From: a virus
Lineage: Duplodnaviria > Heunggongvirae > Uroviricota > Caudoviricetes
DNA: 64,000 nucleotides
Reading direction: 5' to 3' (one strand)
IMG/VR virus record: IMGVR_UViG_2681813233_000007
The stretch's first letter is position 1. Each line of letters begins with the position of its first letter. Shown piece by piece: positions 29,478 through 38,664 of this stretch. Made by a program: the position numbers and the translations under genes. The notes under the pieces were generated by a model. The model saw only the letters and a program-made list of their open reading frames with translations, was not told where the DNA came from and ran no database searches.

Positions 29478-30515
29478 TTACCAGAGCTTCGCGGCGTACT
29501 GCGTTTGGGGGAATGTGTATCCGTAACGTTCTTCGATTGCTTTGCCGTATTTTTTACGAGCTTCATTCAGTTTAATGCCGGTCAGGTCGTCTCCAGAGGC
29601 CATCATTACGTCTAACAATTCCAGATCCATTTTATCCAGCCTTGCCATTGCTTCACGTGATGTACGTATCTTACGTTCAATGATATGGCGAATAGCCGGA
29701 TCGGCATCCTCCAGCATCTTAGCGGATTTCTGCTTAAGGCTTTCATTGCGAATATCGATGTTCCTTAAGATGTACGACTTCGCAACGTAGCTTGGCTGGT
29801 GTTTTTCCAGGTCACGAACACGATATAAGTTAAAATCGCCGAGAAGGCTGCAAGGTACCGATTCGACGCCAGAATAAATTGTAATGCTCCGGCGTTCACC
29901 AACATTATTGACAACGGGGATCGTTGTCTTCGGTAGTCTTGCGAAAACCAATGCGCCATGTGCGCCAACTCTAAAGCGAGAAAGGGCATTGCTGCCTTCG
30001 ATGTTTGTTGTCAGCACAACATCTGTATATGCCTCTTTACGCGCCCGGTAGATCTCGCCTTCAGGCTCAGCTTCAAAGAAGCGCTGTTCTTCTTCAAGAG
30101 CACCTACGATTTGAGAAAAAACCCTATTTTTCAGGCTTTTCTTTATGATTTTGTCGTATTTTTTTAGCAATTGTTCACGTGTAAATGTACGTGTTGTTGT
30201 AGCGCTTTGCACAACGACATGCGTGCTTTGATTGGTGTCCTCAATGATGAATGGGATCGGAGAATATACAGACTCAACAATGTTCGACGCTTTGCCGTCG
30301 GCATCGCGGCACATGTCAACGAAGGCTTTCCATTCAGCAAGACATTTTTCAGCTTCTTCTAATATGTTTTGGTCATGCGTTAATGCAACATGGCGGAATT
30401 CCTCGCCAGCATAACTGGTATCATGGAAAACAGAGTTTGCGACCACCAGCTCTTTCCACCGTTCAGCGGTTTGCAGGAACCGTTTGTACTCTTTCTCGAT
30501 CGACTTCTTACTCAT
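29478..30515 (-). CDS. Putative primary repressor (C1-like, by position)
   Basis: 345 aa, convergent with pacB and next to the lox-type site as c1 is in P1; operator-like motif 12 bp upstream of its start. Confidence 0.4.
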   Translation of the reverse strand: MSKKSIEKEYKRFLQTAERWKELVVANSVFHDTSYAGEEFRHVALTHDQNILEEAEKCLAEWKAFVDMCRDADGKASNIVESVYSPIPFIIEDTNQSTHVVVQSATTTRTFTREQLLKKYDKIIKKSLKNRVFSQIVGALEEEQRFFEAEPEGEIYRARKEAYTDVVLTTNIEGSNALSRFRVGAHGALVFARLPKTTIPVVNNVGERRSITIYSGVESVPCSLLGDFNLYRVRDLEKHQPSYVAKSYILRNIDIRNESLKQKSAKMLEDADPAIRHIIERKIRTSREAMARLDKMDLELLDVMMASGDDLTGIKLNEARKKYGKAIEERYGYTFPQTQYAAKLW

Positions 30516-30526
30516 TATTCCTACTC

Positions 30527-30544
30527 GATTTAGTTTTCTAACAT
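30527..30544 (-). promoter_or_regulatory. Operator-like motif ATGTTAGAAAACTAAATC at the c1-like start
   Basis: Motif family member overlapping the presumed promoter/RBS of the c1-like gene, suggesting autoregulation. Confidence 0.5.
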
Positions 30545-30725
30545 AAAATTACTATGACAAATTTATGTCGAATAACAGAGTGAGTAAAGGATCGAACTGT
30601 GATTTTTTGTCATCAATTTTAGAAAACCAACCGTAGAAACCACACTTCGCAAATTAAAGACCATGAAGGCAACGTGTTACTGGTCATCATCAATCTATGA
30701 TGGATTTAAAAAAATCGGCATTTTA

Positions 30726-30757
30726 TAACTTTAAATAATTGGCATTATTTAAAGTTA
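30726..30757. other. rox recombination site (14-bp inverted repeats, 4-bp spacer)
   Basis: TAACTTTAAATAAT-TGGC-ATTATTTAAAGTTA; reverse complement of the rox sequence as I recall it; 150 bp upstream of the Cre-like gene. Confidence 0.85.
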
Positions 30758-30909
30758 GGCTATAATCATGTGTAGATGAACAGTGTTGACATCACTGAAA
30801 ATACGTGCCTCGAATCAAAGGCTTGTATTTTGAAAATTAACTTATAGCTACCCTGTCATTTTTATATTTTTCGCGTAGCGTCATCTGTATATAGAGGTGT
30901 AATAGTTTC

Positions 30910-31938
30910 ATGAGTGAATTAATTATCTCTGGCAGTTCCGGTGGTTTTCTGCGCAACATTGGCAAAGAGTACCAGGAAGCCGCAGAAAACTTTATGCGGT
31001 TCATGAATGACCAGGGGGCTTATGCGCCGAATACTCTGCGCGACCTCCGGTTGGTGTTTCATTCCTGGGCGCGCTGGTGTCACGCTCGCCAGCTTGCCTG
31101 GTTTCCGATCTCACCAGAAATGGCCCGCGAGTATTTTCTTCAGCTGCATGATGCCGATCTGGCTTCGACCACCATTGATAAGCACTACGCCATGCTGAAC
31201 ATGCTGCTTTCGCATTGTGGCCTTCCGCCACTTTCGGATGATAAAAGTGTTTCTCTGGCTATGCGGCGCATCCGGCGCGAAGCGGCAACTGAAAAAGGCG
31301 AACGAACAGGCCAGGCTATACCGCTTCGGTGGGACGATCTGAAACTGCTCGACGTCCTGTTGTCCAGGTCAGAACGGCTGGTGGACCTGCGCAACCTGGC
31401 TTTTCTCTTTGTTGCATACAATACGCTGATGCGTATGTCGGAAATATCGCGTATTCGTGTAGGTGATCTGGACCAAACAGGTGACACTGTCACGCTACAT
31501 ATTTCACACACGAAGACAATAACGACCGCCGCCGGGCTTGATAAGGTGCTTTCCCGTCGCACTACCGCTGTGCTGAATGACTGGCTGGATGTTTCCGGGC
31601 TTCGCGAGCATCCTGACGCTGTGCTGTTCCCGCCGATACACCGTAGCAATAAGGCCAGGATCACGATAACGCCCCTTACTGCACCTGCAATGGAGAAAAT
31701 ATTCAGCGACGCCTGGGTGTTGCTGAATAAAAGAGATGCTACGCCAAACAAAGGAAGATACCGGACGTGGACCGGGCATAGTGCACGCGTCGGGGCCGCT
31801 ATTGATATGGCTGAAAAGCAGGTGTCTATGGTGGAGATCATGCAGGAAGGAACCTGGAAGAAACCGGAAACACTTATGCGGTATCTTCGCCGTGGCGGCG
31901 TGTCTGTGGGGGCTAATAGCCGCCTGATGGATTTGTAA
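30910..31938 (+). CDS. dre: Tyrosine site-specific recombinase Dre (Cre family)
   Basis: 342 aa; collinear with Cre (WFP..PE, SVSLAMRRIRRE, IRNLAFL..YNTL.R..EI.RIRV.D, W.GHSARVGAA.DMA). Confidence 0.9.
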   Translation: MSELIISGSSGGFLRNIGKEYQEAAENFMRFMNDQGAYAPNTLRDLRLVFHSWARWCHARQLAWFPISPEMAREYFLQLHDADLASTTIDKHYAMLNMLLSHCGLPPLSDDKSVSLAMRRIRREAATEKGERTGQAIPLRWDDLKLLDVLLSRSERLVDLRNLAFLFVAYNTLMRMSEISRIRVGDLDQTGDTVTLHISHTKTITTAAGLDKVLSRRTTAVLNDWLDVSGLREHPDAVLFPPIHRSNKARITITPLTAPAMEKIFSDAWVLLNKRDATPNKGRYRTWTGHSARVGAAIDMAEKQVSMVEIMQEGTWKKPETLMRYLRRGGVSVGANSRLMDL

Positions 31939-31955
31939 ATTAAATTTCTAACACA
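31938..31955 (-). promoter_or_regulatory. Operator-like motif GTGTTAGAAATTTAATTT
   Basis: Motif family member immediately after the dre stop, upstream of the 32012 operon. Confidence 0.5.
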
Positions 31956-32011
31956 TCTTTTTAGATTAACATCTTTGCTGTAAAGTACCCTCGCCTATTT
32001 AGGAGGGTGCT

Positions 32012-32356
32012 TTGCAGAGTCAAATCACGGAATCAAGACGCTTCAAGGTGGATGGTTACACCGTAACCTTCGCCGCTGGTGTTAAGAACAGTCATGCTGT
32101 CGTTGTGTTCGGCATCATGACCGGGCTTGAGGCCGTCCCTGTGTTTACCCTCGAAAAAAACTGGCGAAATCTGGAGGAAGCAGAAAGCTACGTCCGGAAA
32201 GTAACCATCATTGCCGCCGAAAAACTCCTGGCCCACTATCAGGAAAATTATCGCACTATGGTCGAGAAGATTAATCTCGCTTTCACTCGCCCCACTACCG
32301 GCTTTATTGCACCGGATACTAATGCAGGTCGATATCCTGCAAGGGGGCGTCGGTGA
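32012..32356 (+). CDS. Hypothetical protein
   Basis: 114 aa, first gene of a tightly coupled 6-gene operon. Confidence 0.4.
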   Translation: MQSQITESRRFKVDGYTVTFAAGVKNSHAVVVFGIMTGLEAVPVFTLEKNWRNLEEAESYVRKVTIIAAEKLLAHYQENYRTMVEKINLAFTRPTTGFIAPDTNAGRYPARGRR

Positions 32357-32829
32357 AAACTTATTACCCATCTCTGAATTGTTACCCGTCTTCCTATCCA
32401 GAATTATCCGGGAAGCTGTTAGCTCTATTAGCTAAAGCACCTACGGAATGGTTTAAGCCAGTCGTTATCAATCCACACTTCCTGGATTACGGAACTGTTC
32501 GCACTCGTAACGAACTCAAAAACCTACTGGCGCATGGATTCATTCGACACCGTGCCGGGAAAGGCTATCAGTTAGCGATTGCGCCAGAAGAGGCCGTGCG
32601 GCTATTCGCATATCGTGACAGCCAGACAAAAGCTCGGGTAATAGCTCAAATACTTCATAACGGCAGCACCTATGCCCGCCAGTTTGGCGGCGACACGTCG
32701 CAGTTCTTGCGGGCGGTGCGATCGCTGGAGGAGCAAGGAGTTATTGAAAGTTCCTGTCTTCCTGTTCCTACCGTTCCACATATCAAACGTCGGGTTTACA
32801 CCTTCACGCAGAGAGCTAAAAAACAATGA
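32353..32829 (+). CDS. Hypothetical protein, possible winged-helix
   Basis: 158 aa; 4-bp overlap with the upstream ORF. Confidence 0.4.
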   Translation: MKTYYPSLNCYPSSYPELSGKLLALLAKAPTEWFKPVVINPHFLDYGTVRTRNELKNLLAHGFIRHRAGKGYQLAIAPEEAVRLFAYRDSQTKARVIAQILHNGSTYARQFGGDTSQFLRAVRSLEEQGVIESSCLPVPTVPHIKRRVYTFTQRAKKQ

Positions 32830-33320
32830 TTTACGTAAAAGTGAAACGCCTACATCCGGCAGCAAAACTTCCAGCTTATGCCACCTCCGGATCGGCGGCG
32901 ATGGATTTTGAGGCTGTTGAAATAAAACCATGCGTCGATAGCAATGGTGCAATTTCCTCAAGCTGGTGGGTGTACACCGGACTGGCTATGGAGATCCCGC
33001 CCGGCTGGTGTCTGAAACTCTATCCGCGCTCCGGATTGGGCTGCAAAAAACATACTCGCCTGGCTAACTGCGTAGGAATTATCGACTCCGATTATCGCGG
33101 TGAAATCATGGCAAAACTGATTACTGATCCCGGCGGGGAAGGCGTTTGTCTCAAGCCTGGAATGGCTGTCATGCAAGGCATTTTTGAGCGTGTTGAACAA
33201 GTCTCACTAGTCGAGGTTGAGGAACTCAACGAAACGGAACGTGGTGCTGGTGGCTTTGGTAGCACATCGGAAGACCACTTTGAAATCAAGCGCACACCGC
33301 TTCAGTACGCAAAGTTTTAA
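32826..33320 (+). CDS. dut: dUTPase (trimeric dUTP diphosphatase family)
   Basis: Motifs PRSGLG, GIIDSDYRGE and C-terminal RGAGGFGSTS. Confidence 0.75.
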   Translation: MIYVKVKRLHPAAKLPAYATSGSAAMDFEAVEIKPCVDSNGAISSSWWVYTGLAMEIPPGWCLKLYPRSGLGCKKHTRLANCVGIIDSDYRGEIMAKLITDPGGEGVCLKPGMAVMQGIFERVEQVSLVEVEELNETERGAGGFGSTSEDHFEIKRTPLQYAKF

Positions 33321-33334
33321 GCAGAGGAAAGGCT

Positions 33335-34036
33335 ATGAATTACATGACAACGAAAGAGCTTTTTAAGTTCCTTCCCAAATACAAAGCTCACAAAAACGTT
33401 AGTGCATCGAAAATCAAAAATGTTGTTATTTTCGGAGTAACTGCTTCCCCACTTTGGGGCTGCATCGAACTCGTTGAACCAAAAGGGGCAACAGTTTGTG
33501 TTGACGCAATTTTTTTACAAAAACACCGACCAAAAACTGGCGGGTATCTGATCGTTTATGAAAACGGTTATCTGTTCTATGCCCCGGAGAAACCATTTGA
33601 GCAATGCTATGGCCTGGTTAACGACGCCTCCGAAAATGGGGTATCGCTCAGCATTGAAGGTCACAATGGGGTGACATTCATTACAGCCAGGGACGTAACT
33701 ATTTCTGCTGGCGGTATCGCTACTCTACAAGAAGAAATCGACCTTGAAGCAGCCGACTTTTCTGACGCGCTGATGTGGCTGAAGGATGGCAAGAAAGTTG
33801 CTCGACGCGGGTGGAACGGCGAAAACCAATTCTGCTGGCTGGTTCCTGACAAACAGGGTGCTTCAAGACTAACCCCTATAAAACATGCCGCAAACGGAGA
33901 GCTTGAAATCAATTTCGACTCTCCTCTTGCTCCTTATGGTGCGCATTTCGTTTTGAAAAATGCACAAGGTGTAGTTGTTCCATGGATGCCTTCTGTAGGT
34001 GACCTGCTGGCATGTGACTGGTTTGTAGTGGAGTGA
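33335..34036 (+). CDS. Two-domain protein with C-terminal DUF2829 (Tad2-like) domain
   Basis: C-terminal ~90 aa ALMWLKDGKKVARRGWNG...VPWMPSVGDLLACDWFVVE fits the DUF2829 pattern as I recall it; N-terminal ~140 aa unknown. Confidence 0.5.
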   Translation: MNYMTTKELFKFLPKYKAHKNVSASKIKNVVIFGVTASPLWGCIELVEPKGATVCVDAIFLQKHRPKTGGYLIVYENGYLFYAPEKPFEQCYGLVNDASENGVSLSIEGHNGVTFITARDVTISAGGIATLQEEIDLEAADFSDALMWLKDGKKVARRGWNGENQFCWLVPDKQGASRLTPIKHAANGELEINFDSPLAPYGAHFVLKNAQGVVVPWMPSVGDLLACDWFVVE

Positions 34037-34042
34037 TTTAAC

Positions 34043-34849
34043 GTGGAAAATACTAAAGCAATTCAATACCGCTTGCGTAATGGCCTGCTGGTGGCTGTTA
34101 ACGCCGACATGTCACTGCCGTTTGACACGATTGAACGCACCATAATGACGTATCTCGGCTTTAATGAAGAACTGAATGAAGAGCATGGCGTAGCTATATG
34201 GAGTGATGCAGACAGCGGCGTTCGTCGTTACATCACCGCCAGGGGCAAAGACTACTCTCTGGAAGAACTGTTTGCCCTTGCGCAGTCTTTCGAATGTGTA
34301 GCATTAGACCTGTTTAATGATCCTGCTATAGCGCAACGACTTATACGCGAGCTTGGGCTATCCGTTACACCAATTATCTTTAAAAATGGCAGCCTGACTG
34401 GCACATGGCGCGTAGAACGCATATCAAACTACCTTCCATATAACCGACAGTTAAATGGAGTAATCTCCGGCGTTAATCAGCCCGTAGCATGTGAAAATGT
34501 AAACCTGGTTGTCGCTGTTTTGGCAACCGCATGTCGTGTTATCGGTTTGGCTAAACAGGCATTTATTCATTTCCCAAATGGTGCAGAAGGTAGCGCAGAG
34601 ATTATCGCGTGTGATTTCGAATTTACCTGGATGCTACGCGAATATCTGGACCAAACAGTATTCCGTGCCGAAGAACTGGATATGTATATCACGTCAACGA
34701 TTCCAGACGATGTGCGAGCTGAAGCAATCGCTACAGCCAGGGCGAAATGCCGTGCGGCGATTGCAGAACAGGCCAAAGAAGAACAGTCCGATGAAGTCGC
34801 GGCAGATGTGGAGGCAGAGGTAGCGGAGGATGCTGATGCTGACGCCTAA
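34043..34849 (+). CDS. Hypothetical protein with acidic C-terminal tail
   Basis: 268 aa; C-terminus EEQSDEVAADVEAEVAEDADADA. Confidence 0.4.
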   Translation: MENTKAIQYRLRNGLLVAVNADMSLPFDTIERTIMTYLGFNEELNEEHGVAIWSDADSGVRRYITARGKDYSLEELFALAQSFECVALDLFNDPAIAQRLIRELGLSVTPIIFKNGSLTGTWRVERISNYLPYNRQLNGVISGVNQPVACENVNLVVAVLATACRVIGLAKQAFIHFPNGAEGSAEIIACDFEFTWMLREYLDQTVFRAEELDMYITSTIPDDVRAEAIATARAKCRAAIAEQAKEEQSDEVAADVEAEVAEDADADA

Positions 34850-35936
34850 AAACATCACCGAATTACCAGAGTGGAGAGAGCTGGTAAGCAAATATAGCCA
34901 TGACTGGGCATTAGCAGCAGAAGAGTTGATGGGTGTTAAGTTAACCCACCAGCAAAAGCTAATTGTTGAGGCGATTCAACAAAAAGGTTCAGCAGTCAGC
35001 GTCACCACTCCTGAAGGGATAGGCCAAAAGACGGTTATCGCTATAATTAGTATTCTTTATACAATCCTGATGCCTGAGTCTAAAACGGTTATTGTTTCCC
35101 CAAAGTTCTATAATTGTCGCAGGCAAGTTATCCAATACATAAGTACGTATTGGGATAGAGTCAGTAACAGAATCCCATTGCTGGGAGAATATTTTAAAGT
35201 CGATGGAAACGGCATCAATCATCGTTACCGGGAATATTGGGGCTGCGAAATTAAGCCATATCACCGAAATTATGAGGAAGGTTTCGGTGGATATTATGCT
35301 GAACATCTTTTAATCATTGTTACGGAGGCGGCTCTTGCTGGCGATCGGCTATTCAGCATGTTAAGAGCATCGTTAGTAAGTGACGATTCACGTATACTTT
35401 TAATGTCCGCTCCTTCAGAGGAGGAGCATGGACACTTTTACGATTCCCATCATGGTCGTGCTAAATCAGAAGAAAATCCATGTGGTATTTATACAGCCAT
35501 CAAGCTGAACGCAGAAGATACCCCCATTATTTCTCAAGGTTATCTTGATAACATTGCAGAAATATATGGTGGTAAAAACAGCGATTACTACCGTCGTATG
35601 ATTCTTGGTGAGTTTCCTGGTATTAGGGAGGCTGTTCTTGAATCAGATATGCCGAAGACAATGCGCTTTTCGATGCCTGATGGTAGTGAATGGATAATGC
35701 CATTACGAGTGATAGCCCGGCATCATGCACAGCACCACGCCAAAAAACATGGCGTTACAACATTGGAGTGGTTGAAATCGCACACCATTCCACTCTTCAC
35801 TGCAGATCACAATGCTATCGTTGAGTGGGCAAAAACAATTCCGTGGGAGAATGTTGCTGAATACGCCCACATGCTAAAACCGCCGAAAGACAGGCAAGAA
35901 ATTAGCTGGCTGACAGCAGAAAAAATCATTGAGTGA
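34830..35936 (+). CDS. Terminase large-subunit ATPase-domain paralog, truncated, degenerate Walker motifs
   Basis: Collinear with the PacB-like N-terminal ~360 aa (GHFYDSHHGRAK vs GYFYDSHHSQAK) but Walker A is GIGQKT and Walker B is LLIIVTEAA; no C-terminal nuclease domain. Confidence 0.6.
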   Translation: MLMLTPKNITELPEWRELVSKYSHDWALAAEELMGVKLTHQQKLIVEAIQQKGSAVSVTTPEGIGQKTVIAIISILYTILMPESKTVIVSPKFYNCRRQVIQYISTYWDRVSNRIPLLGEYFKVDGNGINHRYREYWGCEIKPYHRNYEEGFGGYYAEHLLIIVTEAALAGDRLFSMLRASLVSDDSRILLMSAPSEEEHGHFYDSHHGRAKSEENPCGIYTAIKLNAEDTPIISQGYLDNIAEIYGGKNSDYYRRMILGEFPGIREAVLESDMPKTMRFSMPDGSEWIMPLRVIARHHAQHHAKKHGVTTLEWLKSHTIPLFTADHNAIVEWAKTIPWENVAEYAHMLKPPKDRQEISWLTAEKIIE

Positions 35937-35943
35937 TAGTAGG

Positions 35944-35974
35944 AAGCCCGCCTGGTTGAGCGGGCTTCTTTTCA
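35944..35974. terminator. Bidirectional rho-independent terminator
   Basis: GAAGCCCGC-ctggttga-GCGGGCTTC followed by TTTT, between the terminase paralog and convergent doc. Confidence 0.65.
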
Positions 35975-36352
35975 AATATTGGAACCATATAGTTCACGTA
36001 GTTTTTCCGCTACTGAAGATACGGGGATTTCACCAGTTGCAGCCCCCACCGCAAGTTCCACCAGCACGGGAGAATCATATACCTGTATACCGTTACGGCG
36101 TAGAAATAGCAGCGCACTGTTTAGCGCGGTACGCTTATTGGCATCATTGAATATATGCCCTCTCGCAGTAGCCACCAGGTAGGTTGCGGAGACTTCGAAA
36201 AGGTCGGTGATCTCTTCGTAGGCAACTCTGGCCTGAACTCTCCCGATAATGGCCTCTGCCCTACCCGGATCTGACATTCCCGGCAGGCCGCCGTAGCGGC
36301 TTATATTCGCATCATGAAGCGCAATAAGTTCTTCCGGTGATATATGCCTCAT
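35972..36352 (-). CDS. doc: Doc toxin (Fic-family kinase)
   Basis: 126 aa, near-identical to P1 Doc as I recall it ([22 protein letters not shown]...). Confidence 0.95.
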
Positions 36353-36573
36353 TATCGGTTAACCAGTTCCTTGTTGGTGGAGTCCAGGGTGTCAAACAGG
36401 GATGCAAATTCAGCATCCAGCGCCGCCTTTTTGTAGGCTTCGAAAGTAGCCTTGCTGACAATTACTGCTGGTTCACGGCCTCTGCGGGTGATTTCAACCT
36501 CTTCCCCGGCTTCAACATTGTTGAGCAATTCAGAAAGGTTGCCGCGCGCGGTACGGAAGTTAATGGACTGCAT
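36352..36573 (-). CDS. phd: Phd antitoxin
   Basis: [15 protein letters not shown]... matches P1 Phd as I recall it; overlaps the doc start. Confidence 0.9.
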
Positions 36574-36645
36574 AAACACCTCGTGTACTCGTTATGTGTA
36601 CACAATCATAAACTTCACAGGCATAAAGCACCAGCACTTTGCAGC

Positions 36646-37035
36646 TTAAATGACCGGACAATCATCAAACTCCCCACTTCGGGCATCATTGATGACATGA
36701 GTGATCACACCAAAAACAGCATTACTACCCGTGTAACCATCGTCATCTACTGGTAACGCCTCTTTCTTCCCGGTGCTTAAATCCTCCAGGTGCTGGCGCG
36801 GATACTTTCGGTATCTCTTTATGCGATATTCACCCTCCATAGCGCACACAAGCAGCGAACCATCAACTGGAGTAAGCGAAGAATCAACCACCAGCAAAGC
36901 ACCCTGCAATATTCCCTCACGGTGATGGCTGTCTGCCGCCCGCATGAAGTATGTCGCTGATGGATGCCTGATTAGTTGCTGATCAAGAGAAATTCTGCTT
37001 TCAACATAGTCCGCCGCAGGAGAAGGGAAGCCCAT
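36646..37035 (-). CDS. humD: HumD (UmuD-prime homolog, S24 peptidase fold)
   Basis: 129 aa; gene order humD-phd-doc as in P1. Confidence 0.8.
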   Translation of the reverse strand: MGFPSPAADYVESRISLDQQLIRHPSATYFMRAADSHHREGILQGALLVVDSSLTPVDGSLLVCAMEGEYRIKRYRKYPRQHLEDLSTGKKEALPVDDDGYTGSNAVFGVITHVINDARSGEFDDCPVI

Positions 37036-37122
37036 AGCGTTTTCACCTCAATAATACTGTTCATTTATACAGTATACATTAAAGAGACACCTTTGGTGCA
37101 AACGCGTTATCGCCGGTCATCA

Positions 37123-37407
37123 TTAACTCCTACATTCAGGGCAAGAGTTCCCTTCCGCAAAATAGGGGAAACTGCTATCAAGCTCATCACACCATCTGCG
37201 ATGGTCGTAGCACCAAAACGCCTCCCACGGTGCACGGAAATACTTCATCCACCAGGACACTCGATCAGGTATATCTGCTGGTGGCAGCTCTTCTGGCAAT
37301 AATTTGCCTGATAATTCCCTTTCCGCCCGCGCCAGCATTCCTTTTAGACTCGCATTCTCTTTTTCAAGAATCTCTATGCGCGCCTGTAACTCAGCTTTCG
37401 TTGGCAT
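37123..37407 (-). CDS. Hypothetical protein with coiled coil and Cys-rich C-terminus
   Basis: ORF-track 37123..37479 trimmed to the internal Met (MPTKAELQ...) to limit overlap with the upstream gene. Confidence 0.3.
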   Translation of the reverse strand: MPTKAELQARIEILEKENASLKGMLARAERELSGKLLPEELPPADIPDRVSWWMKYFRAPWEAFWCYDHRRWCDELDSSFPYFAEGNSCPECRS

Positions 37408-38158
37408 GGTCCGCCTCATGTTTATCAGCCACCAGCGGCAATAAAGCCTTCGCCATTTCATGAACCAACATGGCATCAATGACGCCTAGCGTATGGCCCG
37501 GCTTAATCTTTAATGCGGCCTCAAGATAGCCTCTTTCCAGAGTGGTTTTTACGCTTTTCCTGGGCGCTTGTTGGGAACTATCCGGAAAATCCGGATGGTT
37601 CCCAGCCTCATAAGCTACCCGCAACCAGTGCATGAATGTTTCCGCAGACACACAACCGCAGTCCACATCGATTTTCCCGCGTTGCTGTTCCAGCCATTGC
37701 TCAAAATCTAACTTGTAAGCCTTACTTTCAGACTTAACTTTCTGAGACGCTATGCGAGCTGCTTCATACTGTTCACGAGTGACAACCGATGTAAACGCAC
37801 TGCGATCAAGGTCACTGATATCGCAAATAATGCCATCAATGGAATAATTCTTTGATGATTGGTAATTTTTATGGCGCGTACCAAAAAGAACCGTAGCGCG
37901 ACTACTACCTGGCATCGTAATGGATAGATGGCAAAAATCTTTTCCATCAGGCCATCCACGCCCCTTAGATAATTCCTTCACTAACAAGTCAATCAGTGTC
38001 ATAGCTTTACCATCCTTGCAAGGCGCTAAAGCTATTTTGGCAAGCTCCAATACTTCATCTGCTGTGTATCCAGCACCGTGACCATACATTTCGATACGGG
38101 AAATAATATCTGAAATACGCTCTTTAGTGATTCTTGTCATAGTTTTATTTCCTTGCAT
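37391..38158 (-). CDS. Hypothetical protein
   Basis: 255 aa ORF in the leftward operon. Confidence 0.45.
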   Translation of the reverse strand: MQGNKTMTRITKERISDIISRIEMYGHGAGYTADEVLELAKIALAPCKDGKAMTLIDLLVKELSKGRGWPDGKDFCHLSITMPGSSRATVLFGTRHKNYQSSKNYSIDGIICDISDLDRSAFTSVVTREQYEAARIASQKVKSESKAYKLDFEQWLEQQRGKIDVDCGCVSAETFMHWLRVAYEAGNHPDFPDSSQQAPRKSVKTTLERGYLEAALKIKPGHTLGVIDAMLVHEMAKALLPLVADKHEADHANES

Positions 38159-38346
38159 GGTTCGCCTTTACGGCAAACAGCTACACGGTCATTTCTTACA
38201 TTAACCACAGTCACCGTTCCGTCATCGCATTGAATAACGATGAAAGGGTGTTCATTCTCTTTTGTGCAATGTTGCTGTTCCCCTGCTGTAACAGTGAGGG
38301 GAATTAATAAAATAATAATTACTGCGAATTTACTAAATGTTGCCAT
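38137..38346 (-). CDS. Small secreted protein (signal peptide)
   Basis: 69 aa; N-terminal hydrophobic signal-like segment, 4 Cys in the mature part. Confidence 0.4.
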   Translation of the reverse strand: MATFSKFAVIIILLIPLTVTAGEQQHCTKENEHPFIVIQCDDGTVTVVNVRNDRVAVCRKGEPCKEIKL

Positions 38347-38370
38347 AGCAATCTTTCTTTCTGTTTTTCA

Positions 38371-38664
38371 TTATGGTTGAATCCAGTTATCTTCAATAGC
38401 AATGCTCAATCTTTGTAACCATTCTGCTAATTTCAGCATTGCTTCTCTTTCGCTTAAACCACGAGGAAAATCATCAAGCGATATTGTTGGCTTGAAGTTT
38501 CCCAAATTATCCATTTCAACGGTCAGATTTTGCTCCAGCACGGTATTCCTTACGCGGCTATTGTGCCGAAGCAAATATACTGAACGTGATTTATTGGTTT
38601 TGTGGTCGAACGTATATTCGGTAAGTATCATCTGGCTTCCGCCATGATTATTACCGCGCCACAT
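38371..38664 (-). CDS. Hypothetical protein
   Basis: 97 aa ORF. Confidence 0.35.
   Translation of the reverse strand: MWRGNNHGGSQMILTEYTFDHKTNKSRSVYLLRHNSRVRNTVLEQNLTVEMDNLGNFKPTISLDDFPRGLSEREAMLKLAEWLQRLSIAIEDNWIQP

Noticed and set aside
30726-30757. Canonical loxP site
   Set aside because: The site has 14-bp arms and a 4-bp spacer (rox-type) rather than the 13-8-13 loxP architecture, so it is called rox, not loxP.
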